The translations under genes and the position numbers were made by a program. A stretch of 64,000 nt of DNA from Eledone cirrhosa (Eukaryota), in the NCBI GenBank assembly GCA_964016885.1, contig OZ024743.1:136462001-136526000 (forward strand), written 5' to 3'. Position 1 is the first letter of the stretch. Every line of letters begins with the position of its first letter. The notes under the pieces were generated by a model. The model was not told the origin of the DNA. It saw nothing but the letters and a program-made list of their open reading frames with translations, and searched no databases. Shown here in pieces: positions 34,751 through 47,500 of this stretch.

Positions 34751-37700
34751 TTTGGTGCTTGGTGCTTGGTGCTTGCTGCTTGGTGCTTGGTGTTTGGTGC
34801 TTGGTGCTTGGTGATTAGTGTTTGGTGCTTGGTGCTTCGGGTTTGGTGTTTGAGGCTTGGTGTTTGGTGCTTGGTGCTTGCTGTTTGGTGATTGGTGATT
34901 GGTTCTTGGTGCTTGGTGTTTGGTGCTTGGTGTTTGGTGCTTGGTGCTTGGTGCTTGGTGTTTGGTACTGCGTGCTTGGTGTTTGGTGTTTGGTGCTTGG
35001 TGCCTGGTGCTTGTTGTTTGGTGTTTGGTGCTTAGTGCTTGGTGTTTGGTGTTTGGTGCTTGGTGCTTGGTGGCTGGTGTTTGGTGCTTGGTGTTTGGAG
35101 TTTGGTGCTTGGTGCTTGGTGCCTGGTGTTTCGTGCTTGGTGCTTGGTGCTTGGTGTTTGGTGATTGGTGCTTGGTGTTTGGTGTTTGGTACTTGGTGCT
35201 TGGTGCTTGGTGCTTGGTGCTTGGTGCTTGGTGTTTGATGCTGCGTGCTTGGTGTTTGGTGTTTGGTGCTTGGTGCTTGGTGTTTGGTGTTTGGAGCTCG
35301 GTGCCTGGTGCTTGTTGTTTGGTGTTTGGCGCTTGGTGCTTGGTGTTTGGTGTTTGGTGCTTGGTGCTTGGTGCTTGGTATCTGGTGTTTGGTGCTTGAT
35401 GTTTGGTGTTTGGTGCTTGGTGTTTGGTGTTTGGTGCTTGGTGCTTGGTGTTTGGTGCTTGGTGTTTGGTGTTTGGTGTTTGATGCTTGGTGTTTGCTGC
35501 TTGGTGCTTGGTGCTTGGTGTTTTGTGTTTGGTGATTGGTGATTGGTGCCTGGTGCTTGGTGCTTGGTGCTTGTTGTTTGGTGCTTGGTGCTTGGTGATT
35601 AGTGTTTGGTGCTTGGTGCTTGCGGTTTGGTGTTTGGTGCTTGGGGTTTGGTGATTGGTGCTTGGTGCTTGGTGTTTGGTGCTTGGTGCTTGGTGTTTGG
35701 TGCTTGGTGCTTGGTGTTTGGTGTTTGGCGTTTGCTGTTTGCTGTTTGGTGTTTGGTGCTTGCTGTTTGGTGCTTGGTGCTTGGTGTTTGGTGTTTGGTG
35801 TTTTGTGCTTGGTGCTTGGTGTTTGGTGCTTGGTGCTTGGTGCTGGGTGTTTGGTGCTTGGTGCTTGGTGTTTGGTGCTTGTTGCTTGGTGCTTGGTGTT
35901 TGGTCCTTGGTGCTTGGTGCTTGGTCTTTGGTGCTTGGGTTTTGGTGTTTGGTGCTTGGTGCTTGGTGTTTGGTGCTTGGTTCTTGGTGCTTGGTGCTTG
36001 GTGTTTGGTGATTGCTGCTTGGTGCTTGGTGTTTGGTGCTTAGTGCTTGGTGATTAGTGTTTGGTGATTGGTGCTTGGGATTTGCTGTTTGGGGCTTGGT
36101 GTTTGGTGCTTGGTGCTTGATGTTTGGTTCTTGGTGCTTGGTGTTTGGTGTTTGGTGTCTGGTGCTTGGTGCTTGGTGCTTGGTGTTTGGTGATTGGTGC
36201 TTGGTGCTTGGTGTTTGGTGCTGCGTGCTTGGTGTTTGGTGCTTGGTGCTTGGTGATTAGTGTTTGGTGCTTGGTGCTTGGGGTTTGGTGTTTGGTGCTT
36301 GGGGTTTGGTGTTTGGTGCTTGGTGCTTGGTGTTTGGTGCTTGGTGCTTGGTGTTTGGTGCTTGGTGCTTTGTGTTTGGTGCTTGGCGTTTGGTGCTTGG
36401 TGCTTGGTGCTTGGTGTTAGGTGTTTGGTGCTTGGTGATTGGTGTTTGATGTTAGGTTCTTGGTGCTTGGTGTTTGGTGTTTGGTGCTTGGTGCTTGGTG
36501 TTTGGTGTTTGGTGCTTGCTGCTTGGTGCTTGGTGTTTTGTGTTTGGAGTTTGGTGCTTGGTGTTTGGTGCTTCGGTCTTGGTGTTTTGTGTATGGTGCT
36601 TGGTGTTCGGTGCTTGGTGTTTGGTGTTTGGTGATTGGTGCTTGGTGTTTGGTGCTTGGTGCTTGGTGCTTGGTGCTTGGTGTTAGGCGTTTGGTGCTTG
36701 GTGCTTGGTGTTTGATGTTTGGTCCATGGTCCTTGGTGTTTGGTATTTTGTGCTTGGTGCTTGGTGTTTGGTGTTTGGTGCTTGGTGCTTGGTGTTTGGT
36801 GTTTGGTGCTTGCTGCTTGCTGCTTGGTGTTTGGTGCTAGGGGCTTGGTGCTTGGTGTTTCGTGTTTGGTGCTTGGTGCTTGGTGTTTGGTGTTTGGTGC
36901 TTGGTGCGTGGGACTTGGTGTTTGGTGCTTGGTGTTTGGTGCTTGGTGTTTGGTGCTTGGTGCCTGGTGCTTGGTGATTGGTGTTTGGTGCTTGGTGTTT
37001 GGTGCTTGGTGTTTGGTGCTTGGTGTTCGGTGCTTGGTGCTTGGTGTTTGGTGTTTGCTGTTTGCTGTTTGGTGTTTGGTGTTTGCTGTTTGGTGTTTGC
37101 TCTGTGGTGTTTGGTGTTTGGTGCTTGCTGTTTGGTGCTTGGTGCTTGGTCTTTGGTGCTTGGGTTTTGGTGTTTGGTGCTTGGTGCTTGGTGTTTGGTG
37201 CTTGGTGCTTGGTCCTTGGTGTTTGGTGCTTGCTGCTTGGCGCTTGGTGTTTGGTGCTTGGTGCTTGGTGATTAGTGTTTGGTGATTGGTGCTTGGGGTT
37301 TGGTGTTTGGGGGCTTGGTGTTTGGTGCGTGGTGCTTGCTGTTTGGTGTTTGGTGCTGGGTGTTTGGTGCTTGGTGCTTGGTGTTTGGTGCTTGGTGCTT
37401 GGTGCTTGGTGCTTGGTGTTTGGTGCCTGGTGCTTGGTGCTTGGTGCTTGCTGTTTGGTGTTTGGTGTTTGGTTCTTGGTGCTTGGTGTTTGGTGTTTGG
37501 AGCTTGGTGCTTGGTGCTTGGTGTTTGGTGCTTGGTGCTTGGTGATTAGTGTTTGGTGATTGGTGCTTGGGGTTTGGTGTTTGGTGCTTGGTGTTTGGTG
37601 CTTGGTGCTTGCTGTTTGGTGTTTGGTGTTTGGTTCTTGGTGCTTGGTGTTTGGTGTTTGGTGCTTGGCGCTTGGTGTTTGGTGTTTGGTGCTTGGTGCT

Positions 37701-40700
37701 TGGTGTTGGGTGCTTGGTGCTTGGTGCTTGGTGCTTGGTGTTTGGTATTTGGTGTTTGCTGTTTGGTGTTTGGTGCTTGGTGCTTGGTGCTTGGAGCTTG
37801 GTGTTTGGTGTTTAGTGCTTGGTGCTTGGTATTTGGTGTTTGGTGCTTGGTGCTTGGTGTCTGGTGTTTGGTGCTTGGTGCTTGGTGTTTGGTGATTGGT
37901 GTTTGGAGACTGGTGTTTGGTGCTTGGTGCTTGGTGCTTGGTGCCTGGGGCTTGTTGTTTGGTGTTTGGTGCTTGGTGCTTGGTGCTTGGTGTTTGATGT
38001 TTGGTCCTTGGTGCTTGTTGTTTGGTGTTTGGTGCTTGGTGCTTGGTGTTTGGTGTTTGGTGCTTGCTGCTTGCTGCCTGGTGTTTGGTGCTTGGTGATT
38101 GGTGCTTGGTGTTTTATGCTTGGTGCTTGGTGTTTGGTGCTAGGGGCTTGGTGCTTGATGCTTGGTGTTTGGTGCTTGGTGCTTGCTGTTTGGTGCTTGG
38201 TGCTTGGTGCTTGGTGTTTGGTGTATGGTGTTTGGTGCTTGGTGTTTGGTGCTTGGTGCTTGGTGCTGGGTGGTTGGTGTTTGGTGTTTGGTGCTTGGTG
38301 ATTGGTGCTTATTGTTTGGTGCTTGGTGCTTGGTGCTTGGTGCTTGGTCTTTGATGCTTGGTGTTTGGTGTTTGGTGCTTGGTGCTTGGTGATTAGTGTT
38401 TGGTGCTTGGTGCTTGGTGTTTTGTGCTTGGTGTTTGGTGCTTGGTGCTTGGTGTTTGGTGTTTGGTGCTTGGTGCTTGGGGCTTGGTGTTTGGTGCTTA
38501 GTGTTTGGTGCTTGGTGTTTGGTGCTTGGCGCTTGGTTCTTGGTGTTTGGTGTATGGTGTTTGGTGCTTGGTGTTTGGTGCTTGGTGCTTGGTGCTGGGT
38601 GGTTGGTGTTTGGTGTTTGGTGCTTGGTGATTGGTGCTTATTGTTTGGTGCTTGGTGCGTGGTGCTTGGTGCTTGGTCTTTGGTGCTTGGTGTTTGGTGT
38701 TTGGTGCTTGGTGCTTGGTGCTTGGTGATTAGTGTTTGGTGCTTGGTGCTTGGTGCCTGGTGCTTGGTGCTTGGTGCTTGTTGTTTGGTGCTTGTTGCTT
38801 GGTGATTAGTGTTTGGTGCTTGGTGCTTGGGGTTTGGTGTTTGGTGCTTGGTGTTTGGTGTTTGGTGCTTGGTGCTTGGTGTTTGGTGCATGGTGCTTGG
38901 TGTTTGGTGCTTGGTGCTTTGTGTTTGGTGCTTGGTGTTTGGTGCTTGGTGCTTGGTGATTGGTGTTTGATGTTAGGTTCTTGGTGCTTGGTGTTTGGTG
39001 TTTGGTGCTTGGTGCTTGGTGTTTGGTGTTTGGTGCTTGCTGCTTGGTGCTTGGTGTTTTGTGTTTGGAGTTTGGTGCTTGGTGTTTGGTGCTTGGTGCT
39101 TTGTGTTTGGTGTTTGGTGTTTGGTGTTTGGTGATTGGTGCTTTGTGTTTGGTGCTTGGTGCTTGGTGCTTGGTTCTTGGTGTTAGGCGTTTGGTGCTTG
39201 GTGCTTGGTGTTTGATGTTTGGTCCTTGGTGCTTGGTGTTTGGTATTTGGAGCTTGGTGCTTGGTGTTTGGTGTTTGGTGCTTGCTGCTTGCTGCTTGGT
39301 GTTTGGTGCTAGGGACTTGGTGCTTGGTGCTTGGTGTTTGGTGCTTGGTGTTTGGTGTTTGGTGCTTGGTGCGTGGGACTTGGTGTTTGGTGCTTGGTGT
39401 TTGGTGCTTGGTGTTTGGTGCTTGGTGCCTGGTGCTTGGTGTTTGGTGTTTGGTGCTTGGTGTTTGGTGCTTGGTGTTTGGTACTTGGTGTTCGGTGCTT
39501 GGTGCTTGGTGCTTGGTGCTTGGTATTTGGTGTTTGGTGCTTGGTGCTTGGTGTTTGATGTTTGGTCCTTGGTGCTTGGTGTTTGGTGCTTGGTGTTTGG
39601 TGCTTGGTGCTTGGTGCTTGGTGTTTGGCGTTTGCTGTTTGCTGTTTGGTGTTTGGTGTTTGCTGTTTGGTGTTTGCTGTTTGGTGTTTGGTGTTTGGTG
39701 CTTGGTGCTTGGTGTTTGGTGCTTGGTGCTTGGTGCTTGGTGTTTGGTCCTTGGTGCTTGGTGCTTGGTCTTTGGTGCTTGGGTTTTGGTGTTTGGTGCT
39801 TGGTGCTTGGTGTTTGGTGCTTGGTGCTTGGTGCTTGGTGCTTGGTGTTTGGTGCTTGCTGCTTGGTGCTTGGTGTTTGGTGCTTGGTGCTTGGTGAGTA
39901 GTGTTTGGTGATTGGTGCTTGGGGTTTGGTGTTTGGGGCTTGGTGTTTGGTGCTTAGTGCTTGCTGTTTGGTGTTTGGTGTTTGGTTCTTGGTGCTTGGT
40001 GTTTGGTGTTTGGTGTTTGGTGCTTGGTGCTTGGTGCTTGGTGTTTGGTGCTTGGTGCTTGGTGCTTGGTGTTTGGTGCTGCGTGCTTGGTGTTTGGTGT
40101 TTGGTGCTTGGTGCCTGGTGCTTGTTGTTTGGTGTTTGGTGCTTAGTGCATGGTGTTTGGCGTTTGGTGCTTGGTGCTTGGTGGCTGGTGCTTGGTGCTT
40201 GGTGTTTGGAGTTTGGTGCTTGGTGCTTGGTGCCTGGTGTTTCGTGCTTGGTGCTTGGTGCTTGGTGTTTGGTGTTTGGTGCTTGGTGTTTGGTGTTTGG
40301 AACTTGGTGCTTGGTGCTTGGTGCTTGGTGTTTGGTGCTTGGTGTTTGATGCTGCATGCTTGGTGTTTGGTGTTTGGTTCTTGGTGCTTGGTGTTTGGTG
40401 TTTGGAGCTTGGTGCCTGCTGCTTGTTGTTTGGTGTTTGGTGCTTGATGTTTGGTGTTTGTTGCTTGGTGCTTGGTGCTTGGTGTTTGGTGTTTGGTGCT
40501 TGGTGCTTGGTGTTTGGAGCTTGGTGTTTGGTGTTTGGTGTTTGATGCTTGGTGTTTGCTGCTTGGTGCTTGGTGCTTGGTGTTTTGTGTTTGGTGCTTG
40601 GTGCTTGGTGCCTGGTGCTTGGTGCTTAGTGCTTGTTGTTTGGTGCTTGGTGCTTGGTGATTAGTGTTTGGAGCTTGGTGTTTGGTGTTTGGTGTTTGGT

Positions 40701-41518
40701 GCTTGGTGTTTGGTGCTTGGTATTTGATGCTGCCTGCTTGGTGTTTGGTGTTTGGTGCTTGGTGCTTGGTGTTTGGCGTTTGGAGCGCGGTGCCTGGTGC
40801 TTGTTGTTTGGTGTTTGGCGCTTCGTGCTTGATGTTTGGTGTTTGGTGCTTGGTGTTTTGTGTTTGGTGATTGGTGCTTGGTGCCTGGTGCTTGGTGCTT
40901 GGTGCTTGTTGTTTGGTGCTTGGTGCTTGGTGATTAGTGTTTGGTGCTTGGTGCTTGCGGTTTGGTGTTTGGTGCTTGGGGTTTGGTGCTTGGTGCTTGG
41001 TGCTTGGTGTTTGGTGCTTAGTGCTTGGTGTTTGTTGCTTGGTGCTTGGTGTTTGGTGTTTGGTGTTTGCTGTTTGCTGTTTGCTGTTTGGTGCTTGCTG
41101 TTTGGTGCTTGGTGCTTGGTGTTTGGTGTTTGGTGTTTTGTGCTTGGTGCTTGGTGTTTGGTGCTTGGTGCTTGGTGCTGGGTGTTTGGTGCTTGGTGCT
41201 TGGTGCTTGGTGTTTGGTGCTTGGTGCTTGGTGCTTGGTGTTTGGTCCTTGGTGCTTGGTGCTTATTGTTTGGTGCTTGGTGCTTGGTGCTTGGTGCTTG
41301 GTCTTTGATGCTTGGTGTTTGGTGTTTGGTGCTTGGTGCCTGGTGCTTGGTGATTAGTGTTTGGTGCTTGGTGCTTGGTGTTTTGTGCTTGGTGTTTGGT
41401 GCTTGGTGCTTGGTGTTTGGTGTTTGGTGCTTGGTGCTTGGGGCTTGGTGTTTGGTGCTTAGTGTTTGGTGCTTGGTGTTTGGTGCTAGGCGCTTGGTGC
41501 TTGGTGTTTGGTGTATGG

Positions 41519-44500
41519 TGTTTGGTGCTTGGTGTTTGGTGCTTGGTGCTTGGTGCTGGGTGGTTGGTGTATGGTGTTTGGTGCTTGGTGATTGGTGCTT
41601 ATTGTTTGGTGCTTGGTGCTTGGTGCTTGGTGCTTGGTCTTTGGTGCTTGGTGTTTGGTGTTTGGTGCTTGGTGCTTGGTGCTTGGTGATTAGTGTTTGG
41701 TGCTTGGTGCTTGGTGCCTGGTGCTTGGTGCTTGGTGCTTGTTGTTTGGTGCTTGGTGCTTGGTGATTAGTGTTTGGTGCTTGGTGCTTGGGGTTTGGTG
41801 TTTGGTGCTTGGTGTTTGGTGTTTGGTGCTTGATGCTTGGTGTTTGGTGCTTGGTGCTTGGTGTTTGGTGCTTGGTGCTTTGTGTTTGGTGCTTGGTGTT
41901 TGGTGCTTGGTGCTTGGTGCTTGGTGCTTGGTGTTAGGTGTTTGGTGCTTGGTGATTGGTGTTTGATGTTAGGTTCTTGGTGCTTGGTGTTTGGTGTTTG
42001 GTGCTTGGTGCTTGGTGTTTGGTGTTTGGTGCTTGCTGCTTGGTGCTTGGTGTTTTGTGTTTGGAGTTTGGTGCTTGGTGTTTGGTGCTTGGTGCTTGGT
42101 GTTTGGTGTTTGGTGTTTGGTGTTTGGTGATTGGTGCTTTGTCTTTGGTGCTTGGTGCTTGGTGCTTGGTTCTTGGTGTTAGGCGTTTGGTGCTTGGTGC
42201 TTGGTGTTTGATGTTTGGTCCTTGGTGCTTGGTGTTTGGTATTTGGAGCTTGGTGCTTGGTGTTTGGTGTTTGGTGCTTGCTGCTTGCTGCTTGGTGTTG
42301 GGTGCTAGGGACTTGGTGCTTGGTGCTTGGTGTTTGGTGCTTGGTGTTTGGTGTTTGGTGCTTGGTGCGTGGGACTTGGTGTTTGGTGCTTGGTTCTTAG
42401 TGCTTGGTGTTTGGTGTTTGGTGCTTGGTGCTTGGTGCTTGGTGCTTGGTGCTTGGTGCTTGGTGATTAGTGTTTGGTGATTGGTGCTTGGGGTTTGGTG
42501 TTTGGTGCTTGGTGTTTGGTGCTTGGTGCTTGCTGTTTGGTGTTTGGTGTTTGGTTCTTGGTGCTTGGTGTTTGGTGTTTGGTGCTTGGTGCTTGGTGAT
42601 TGGTGTTTGGTGCTTGGTGCTTGGTGCTTGGTGTTTGGTGCTGCGTGCTTGGTGTTTGGTGTTTGGTGCTTGGTGCCTGGGGCTTGTTGTTTGGTGTTTG
42701 GTGCTTGGTGCTTGGTGTTTGGTGTTTGGTGCTTGCTGCTTGCTGCTTGGTGTTTGGTGCTTGGTGATTGGTGCTTGGTGTTTTATGCTTGGTGCTTGGT
42801 GTTTGGTGCTAGGGGCTTGGTGCTTGATGCTTGGTGTTTGGTGCTTGGTGCTTGCTGTTTGGTGCTTGGTGCTTGGTGCTTGGTGTTTGGTGTATGGTGT
42901 TTGGTGCTTGGTGTTTGGTGCTTGGTGCTGGGTGGTTGGTGTTTGGTGTTTGGTGCTTGGTGATTGGTGCTTATTGTTTGGTGCTTGGTGCTTGGTGCTT
43001 GGTCTTTGATGCTTGGTGTTTGGTGTTTGGTGCTTGGTGCTTGGTGCTTGGTGATTAGTGTTTGGTGCTTGGTGCTTGGTGTTTTGTGCTTGGTGTTTGG
43101 TGCTTGGTGCTTGGTGTTTGGTGTTTGGTGCTTGGTGCTTGGGGCTTGGTGTTTGGTGCTTAGTGTTTGGTGCTTGGTGTTTGGTGCTTGGCGATTGGTG
43201 CTTGGTGTTTGGTGTATGGTGTTTGGTGCTTGGTGTTTGGTGGTTGGTGCTTGGTGCTGGGTGGTTGGTGTTTGGTGTTTGGTGCTTGGTGATTGGTGCT
43301 TATTGTTTGGTGCTTGGTGCTTGGTGCTTGGTGCTTGGTCTTTGGTGCTTGGTGTTTGGTGTTTGGTGCTTGGTGCTTGGAGCTTGGTGATTAGTGTTTG
43401 GTGCTTGGTGCTTGGTGCCTGGTGCTTGGTGCTTGGTGCTTGTTGTTTGGTGCTTGGTGCTTGGTGATTAGTGTTTGGTGCTTGGTGCTTGGGGTTTGGT
43501 GTTTGGTGCTTGGTGTTTGGTGTTTGGTGCTTGGTGCTTGGTGTTTGGTGCTTGGTGCTTGGTGTTTGGTGCTTGGTGCTTTGTGTTTGGTGCTTGGTGT
43601 TTGGTGCTTGGTGCTTGGTGCTTGGTGCTTGGTGTTAGGTGTTTGGTGCTTGGTGTTTGATGTTAGGTTCTTGGTGCTTGGTGTTTGGTGTTTGGTGCTT
43701 GGTGCTTGGTGTTTGGTGTTTGGTGCTTGCTGCTTGGTGCTTGGTGTTTTGTGTTTGGAGTTTGGTGCTTGGTGTTTGGTGCTTGGTGCTTGGTGTTTGG
43801 TGTTTGGTGTTTGGTGTTTGGTGATTGGTGCTTTGTGTTTGGTGCTTGGTGCTTGGTGCTTGGTTCTTGGTGTTAGGTGTTTGGTGCTTGGTGCTTGGTG
43901 TTTGATGTTTGGTCCTTGGTGCCTGGTGTTTGGTATTTGGAGCTTGGTGCTTGGTGTTTGGTGTTTGGTGCTTGCTGCTTGCTGCTTGGTGTTTGGTGCT
44001 AGGGACTTAGTGCTTGGTGCTTGGTGTTTGGTGCTTGGTGTTTGGTGTCTGGTGCTTGGTGCGTGGGACTTGGTGTTTGGTGCTTGGTGTTTGGTGCTTG
44101 GTGTTTGGTGCTTGGTGCCTGGTGCTTGGTGTTTGGTGTTTGGTGCTTGGTGTTTGGTGCTTGGTGTTTGGTACTTGGTGTTCGGTGCTTGGTGCTTGGT
44201 GCTTGGTGCTTGGTGTTTGGTGTTTGGTGCTTGGTGCTTGGTGTTTGATGTTTGGTCCTTGGTGCTTGGTGTTTGGTGTTGTGTGCTTGGTGCTTGGTGC
44301 TTGGTGTTTGGTGCTTGGTGCTTGGTGCTTGGTGTTTGGCGTTTGCTGTTTGCTGTTTGGTGTTTGGTGTTTGCTGTTTGGTGTTTGCTGTTTGGTGTTT
44401 GGTGTTTGGTGCTTGGTGCTTGGTGTTTGGTGCTTGGTGCTTGGTGCTTGGTGTTTGGTCCTTGGTGCTTGGTGCTTGGTCTTTGGTGCTTGGGTTTTGG

Positions 44501-47500
44501 TGTTTGGTGCTTGGTGCTTGGTGTTTGGTGCTTGGTGCTTGGTGCTTGGTGCTTGGTGTTTGGTGCTTGCTGCTTGGTGCTTGGTGTTTGGTGCTTGGTG
44601 CTTGGTGATTAGTGTTTGGTGCTTGGTGCTTCGGGTTTGGTGTTTGAGGCTTGGTGTTTGGTGCTTGGTGCTTGCTGTTTGGTGATTGGTGTTTGGTTCT
44701 TGGTGCTTGGTGTTTGGTGTTTGGTGTTTGGTGCTTGGTGCTTGGTGCTTGGTGTTTGGTGCTTGGTGCTTGGTGCTTGGTGTTTGGTGCTGCGTGCTTG
44801 GTGTTTGGTGTTTGGTGCTTGGTGCCTGGTGCCTGTTGTTTGGTGTTTGGTGCTTAGTGCTTGGTGTTTGGTGTTTGGTGCTTGGTGCTTGGTGGCTGGT
44901 GTTTGGTGCTTGGTGTTTGGAGTTTGGTGCTTGGTGCTTGGTGCCTGGTGTTTCGTGCTTGGTGCTTGGTGCTTGGTGTTTGGTGTATGGTGCTTGGTGT
45001 TTGGTGTTTGGTACTTGGTGCTTGGTGCTTGGTGCTTGGTGTTTGGTGTTTGCTGTTTGCTGTTTGGTGCTTGGTGTTTGGTGCTTGGTGCTTGGTGCTG
45101 GGTGGTTGGTGTATGGTGTTTGGTGCTTGGTGATTGGTGCTTATTGTTTGGTGCTTGGTGCTTGGTGCTTGGTGCTTGGTCTTTGGTGCTTGGTGTTTGG
45201 TGTTTGGTGCTTGGTGCTTGGTGCTTGGTGATTAGTGTTTGGTGCTTGGTGCTTGGTGCCTGGTGCTTGGTGCTTGGTGCTTGTTGTTTGGTGCTTGGTG
45301 CTTGGTGATTAGTGTTTGGTGCTTGGTGCTTGGGGTTTGGTGTTTGGTGCTTGGTGTTTGGTGTTTGGTGCTTGATGCTTGGTGTTTGGTGCTTGGTGCT
45401 TGGTGTTTGGTGCTTGGTGCTTTGTGTTTGGTGCTTGGTGTTTGGTGCTTGGTGCTTGGTGCTTGGTGCTTGGTGTTAGGTGTTTGGTGCTTGGTGATTG
45501 GTGTTTGATGTTAGGTTCTTGGTGCTTGGTGTTTGGTGTTTGGTGCTTGGTGCTTGGTGTTTGGTGTTTGGTGCTTGCTGCTTGGTGCTTGGTGTTTTGT
45601 GTTTGGAGTTTGGTGCTTGGTGTTTGGTGCTTGGTGCTTGGTGTTTGGTGTTTGGTGTTTGGTGTTTGGTGATTGGTGCTTTGTCTTTGGTGCTTGGTGC
45701 TTGGTGCTTGGTTCTTGGTGTTAGGCGTTTGGTGCTTGGTGCTTGGTGTTTGATGTTTGGTCCTTGGTGCTTGGTGTTTGGTATTTGGAGCTTGGTGCTT
45801 GGTGTTTGGTGTTTGGTGCTTGCTGCTTGCTGCTTGGTGTTGGGTGCTAGGGACTTGGTGCTTGGTGCTTGGTGTTTGGTGCTTGGTGTTTGGTGTTTGG
45901 TGCTTGGTGCGTGGGACTTGGTGTTTGGTGCTTGGTTCTTGGTGCTTGGTGTTTGGTGTTTGGTGCTTGGTGCTTGGTGCTTGGTGCTTGGTGCTTGGTG
46001 CTTGGTGATTAGTGTTTGGTGATTGGTGCTTGGGGTTTGGTGTTTGGTGCTTGGTGTTTGGTGCTTGGTGCTTGCTGTTTGGTGTTTGGTGTTTGGTTCT
46101 TGGTGCTTGGTGTTTGGTGTTTGGTGCTTGGTGCTTGGTGATTGGTGTTTGGTGCTTGGTGCTTGGTGCTTGGTGTTTGGTGCTGCGTGCTTGGTGTTTG
46201 GTGTTTGGTGCTTGGTGCCTGGGGCTTGTTGTTTGGTGTTTGGTGCTTGGTGCTTGGTGTTTGGTGTTTGGTGCTTGCTGCTTGCTGCTTGGTGTTTGGT
46301 GCTTGGTGATTGGTGCTTGGTGTTTTATGCTTGGTGCTTGGTGTTTGGTGCTAGGGGCTTGGTGCTTGATGCTTGGTGTTTGGTGCTTGGTGCTTGCTGT
46401 TTGGTGCTTGGTGCTTGGTGCTTGGTGTTTGGTGTATGGTGTTTGGTGCTTGGTGTTTGGTGCTTGGTGCTGGGTGGTTGGTGTTTGGTGTTTGGTGCTT
46501 GGTGATTGGTGCTTATTGTTTGGTGCTTGGTGCTTGGTGCTTGGTCTTTGATGCTTGGTGTTTGGTGTTTGGTGCTTGGTGCTTGGTGCTTGGTGATTAG
46601 TGTTTGGTGCTTGGTGCTTGGTGTTTTGTGCTTGGTGTTTGGTGCTTGGTGCTTGGTGTTTGGTGTTTGGTGCTTGGTGCTTGGGGCTTGGTGTTTGGTG
46701 CTTAGTGTTTGGTGCTTGGTGTTTGGTGCTTGGCGATTGGTGCTTGGTGTTTGGTGTATGGTGTTTGGTGCTTGGTGTTTGGTGGTTGGTGCTTGGTGCT
46801 GGGTGGTTGGTGTTTGGTGTTTGGTGCTTGGTGATTGGTGCTTATTGTTTGGTGCTTGGTGCTTGGTGCTTGGTGCTTGGTCTTTGGTGCTTGGTGTTTG
46901 GTGTTTGGTGCTTGGTGCTTGGAGCTTGGTGATTAGTGTTTGGTGCTTGGTGCTTGGTGCCTGGTGCTTGGTGCTTGGTGCTTGTTGTTTGGTGCTTGGT
47001 GCTTGGTGATTAGTGTTTGGTGCTTGGTGCTTGGGGTTTGGTGTTTGGTGCTTGGTGTTTGGTGTTTGGTGCTTGGTGCTTGGTGTTTGGTGCTTGGTGC
47101 TTGGTGTTTGGTGCTTGGTGCTTTGTGTTTGGTGCTTGGTGTTTGGTGCTTGGTGCTTGGTGCTTGGTGCTTGGTGTTAGGTGTTTGGTGCTTGGTGTTT
47201 GATGTTAGGTTCTTGGTGCTTGGTGTTTGGTGTTTGGTGCTTGGTGCTTGGTGTTTGGTGTTTGGTGCTTGCTGCTTGGTGCTTGGTGTTTTGTGTTTGG
47301 AGTTTGGTGCTTGGTGTTTGGTGCTTGGTGCTTGGTGTTTGGTGTTTGGTGTTTGGTGTTTGGTGATTGGTGCTTTGTGTTTGGTGCTTGGTGCTTGGTG
47401 CTTGGTTCTTGGTGTTAGGTGTTTGGTGCTTGGTGCTTGGTGTTTGATGTTTGGTCCTTGGTGCCTGGTGTTTGGTATTTGGAGCTTGGTGCTTGGTGTT

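Larger units (their letters stand above)
1..36250 (+). repeat. Left domain: higher-order repeat (HOR) family built on a ~2 kb unit (1960 bp = 280 monomers; 2057 bp variant)
   Basis: Marker string GATTAGTGTTTGGTGCTTGGTGCTTGCGGTTT recurs at offsets 96->2056 (1960) and 23257->25314 (2057). GAGCTC occurs at 1748, 3169, 5730, 7353, 8556, 13475, 15301, 16504, 21423, 22949, 25006, 27946, 30724, 32781 and 35294, and was not seen afterwards. Confidence 0.85.

Noticed and set aside
38729-40357. Long - strand ORFs (542 aa here; 655, 436 and 354 aa elsewhere) resembling mucin-like or CTD-like heptad proteins
   Set aside because: Their length only reflects scarcity of A on the + strand. ATG starts come from sporadic CAT variants and are missing in paralogous copies: the 48151-50118 ORF has no counterpart at +6455. 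There is no signal peptide or unique terminus.
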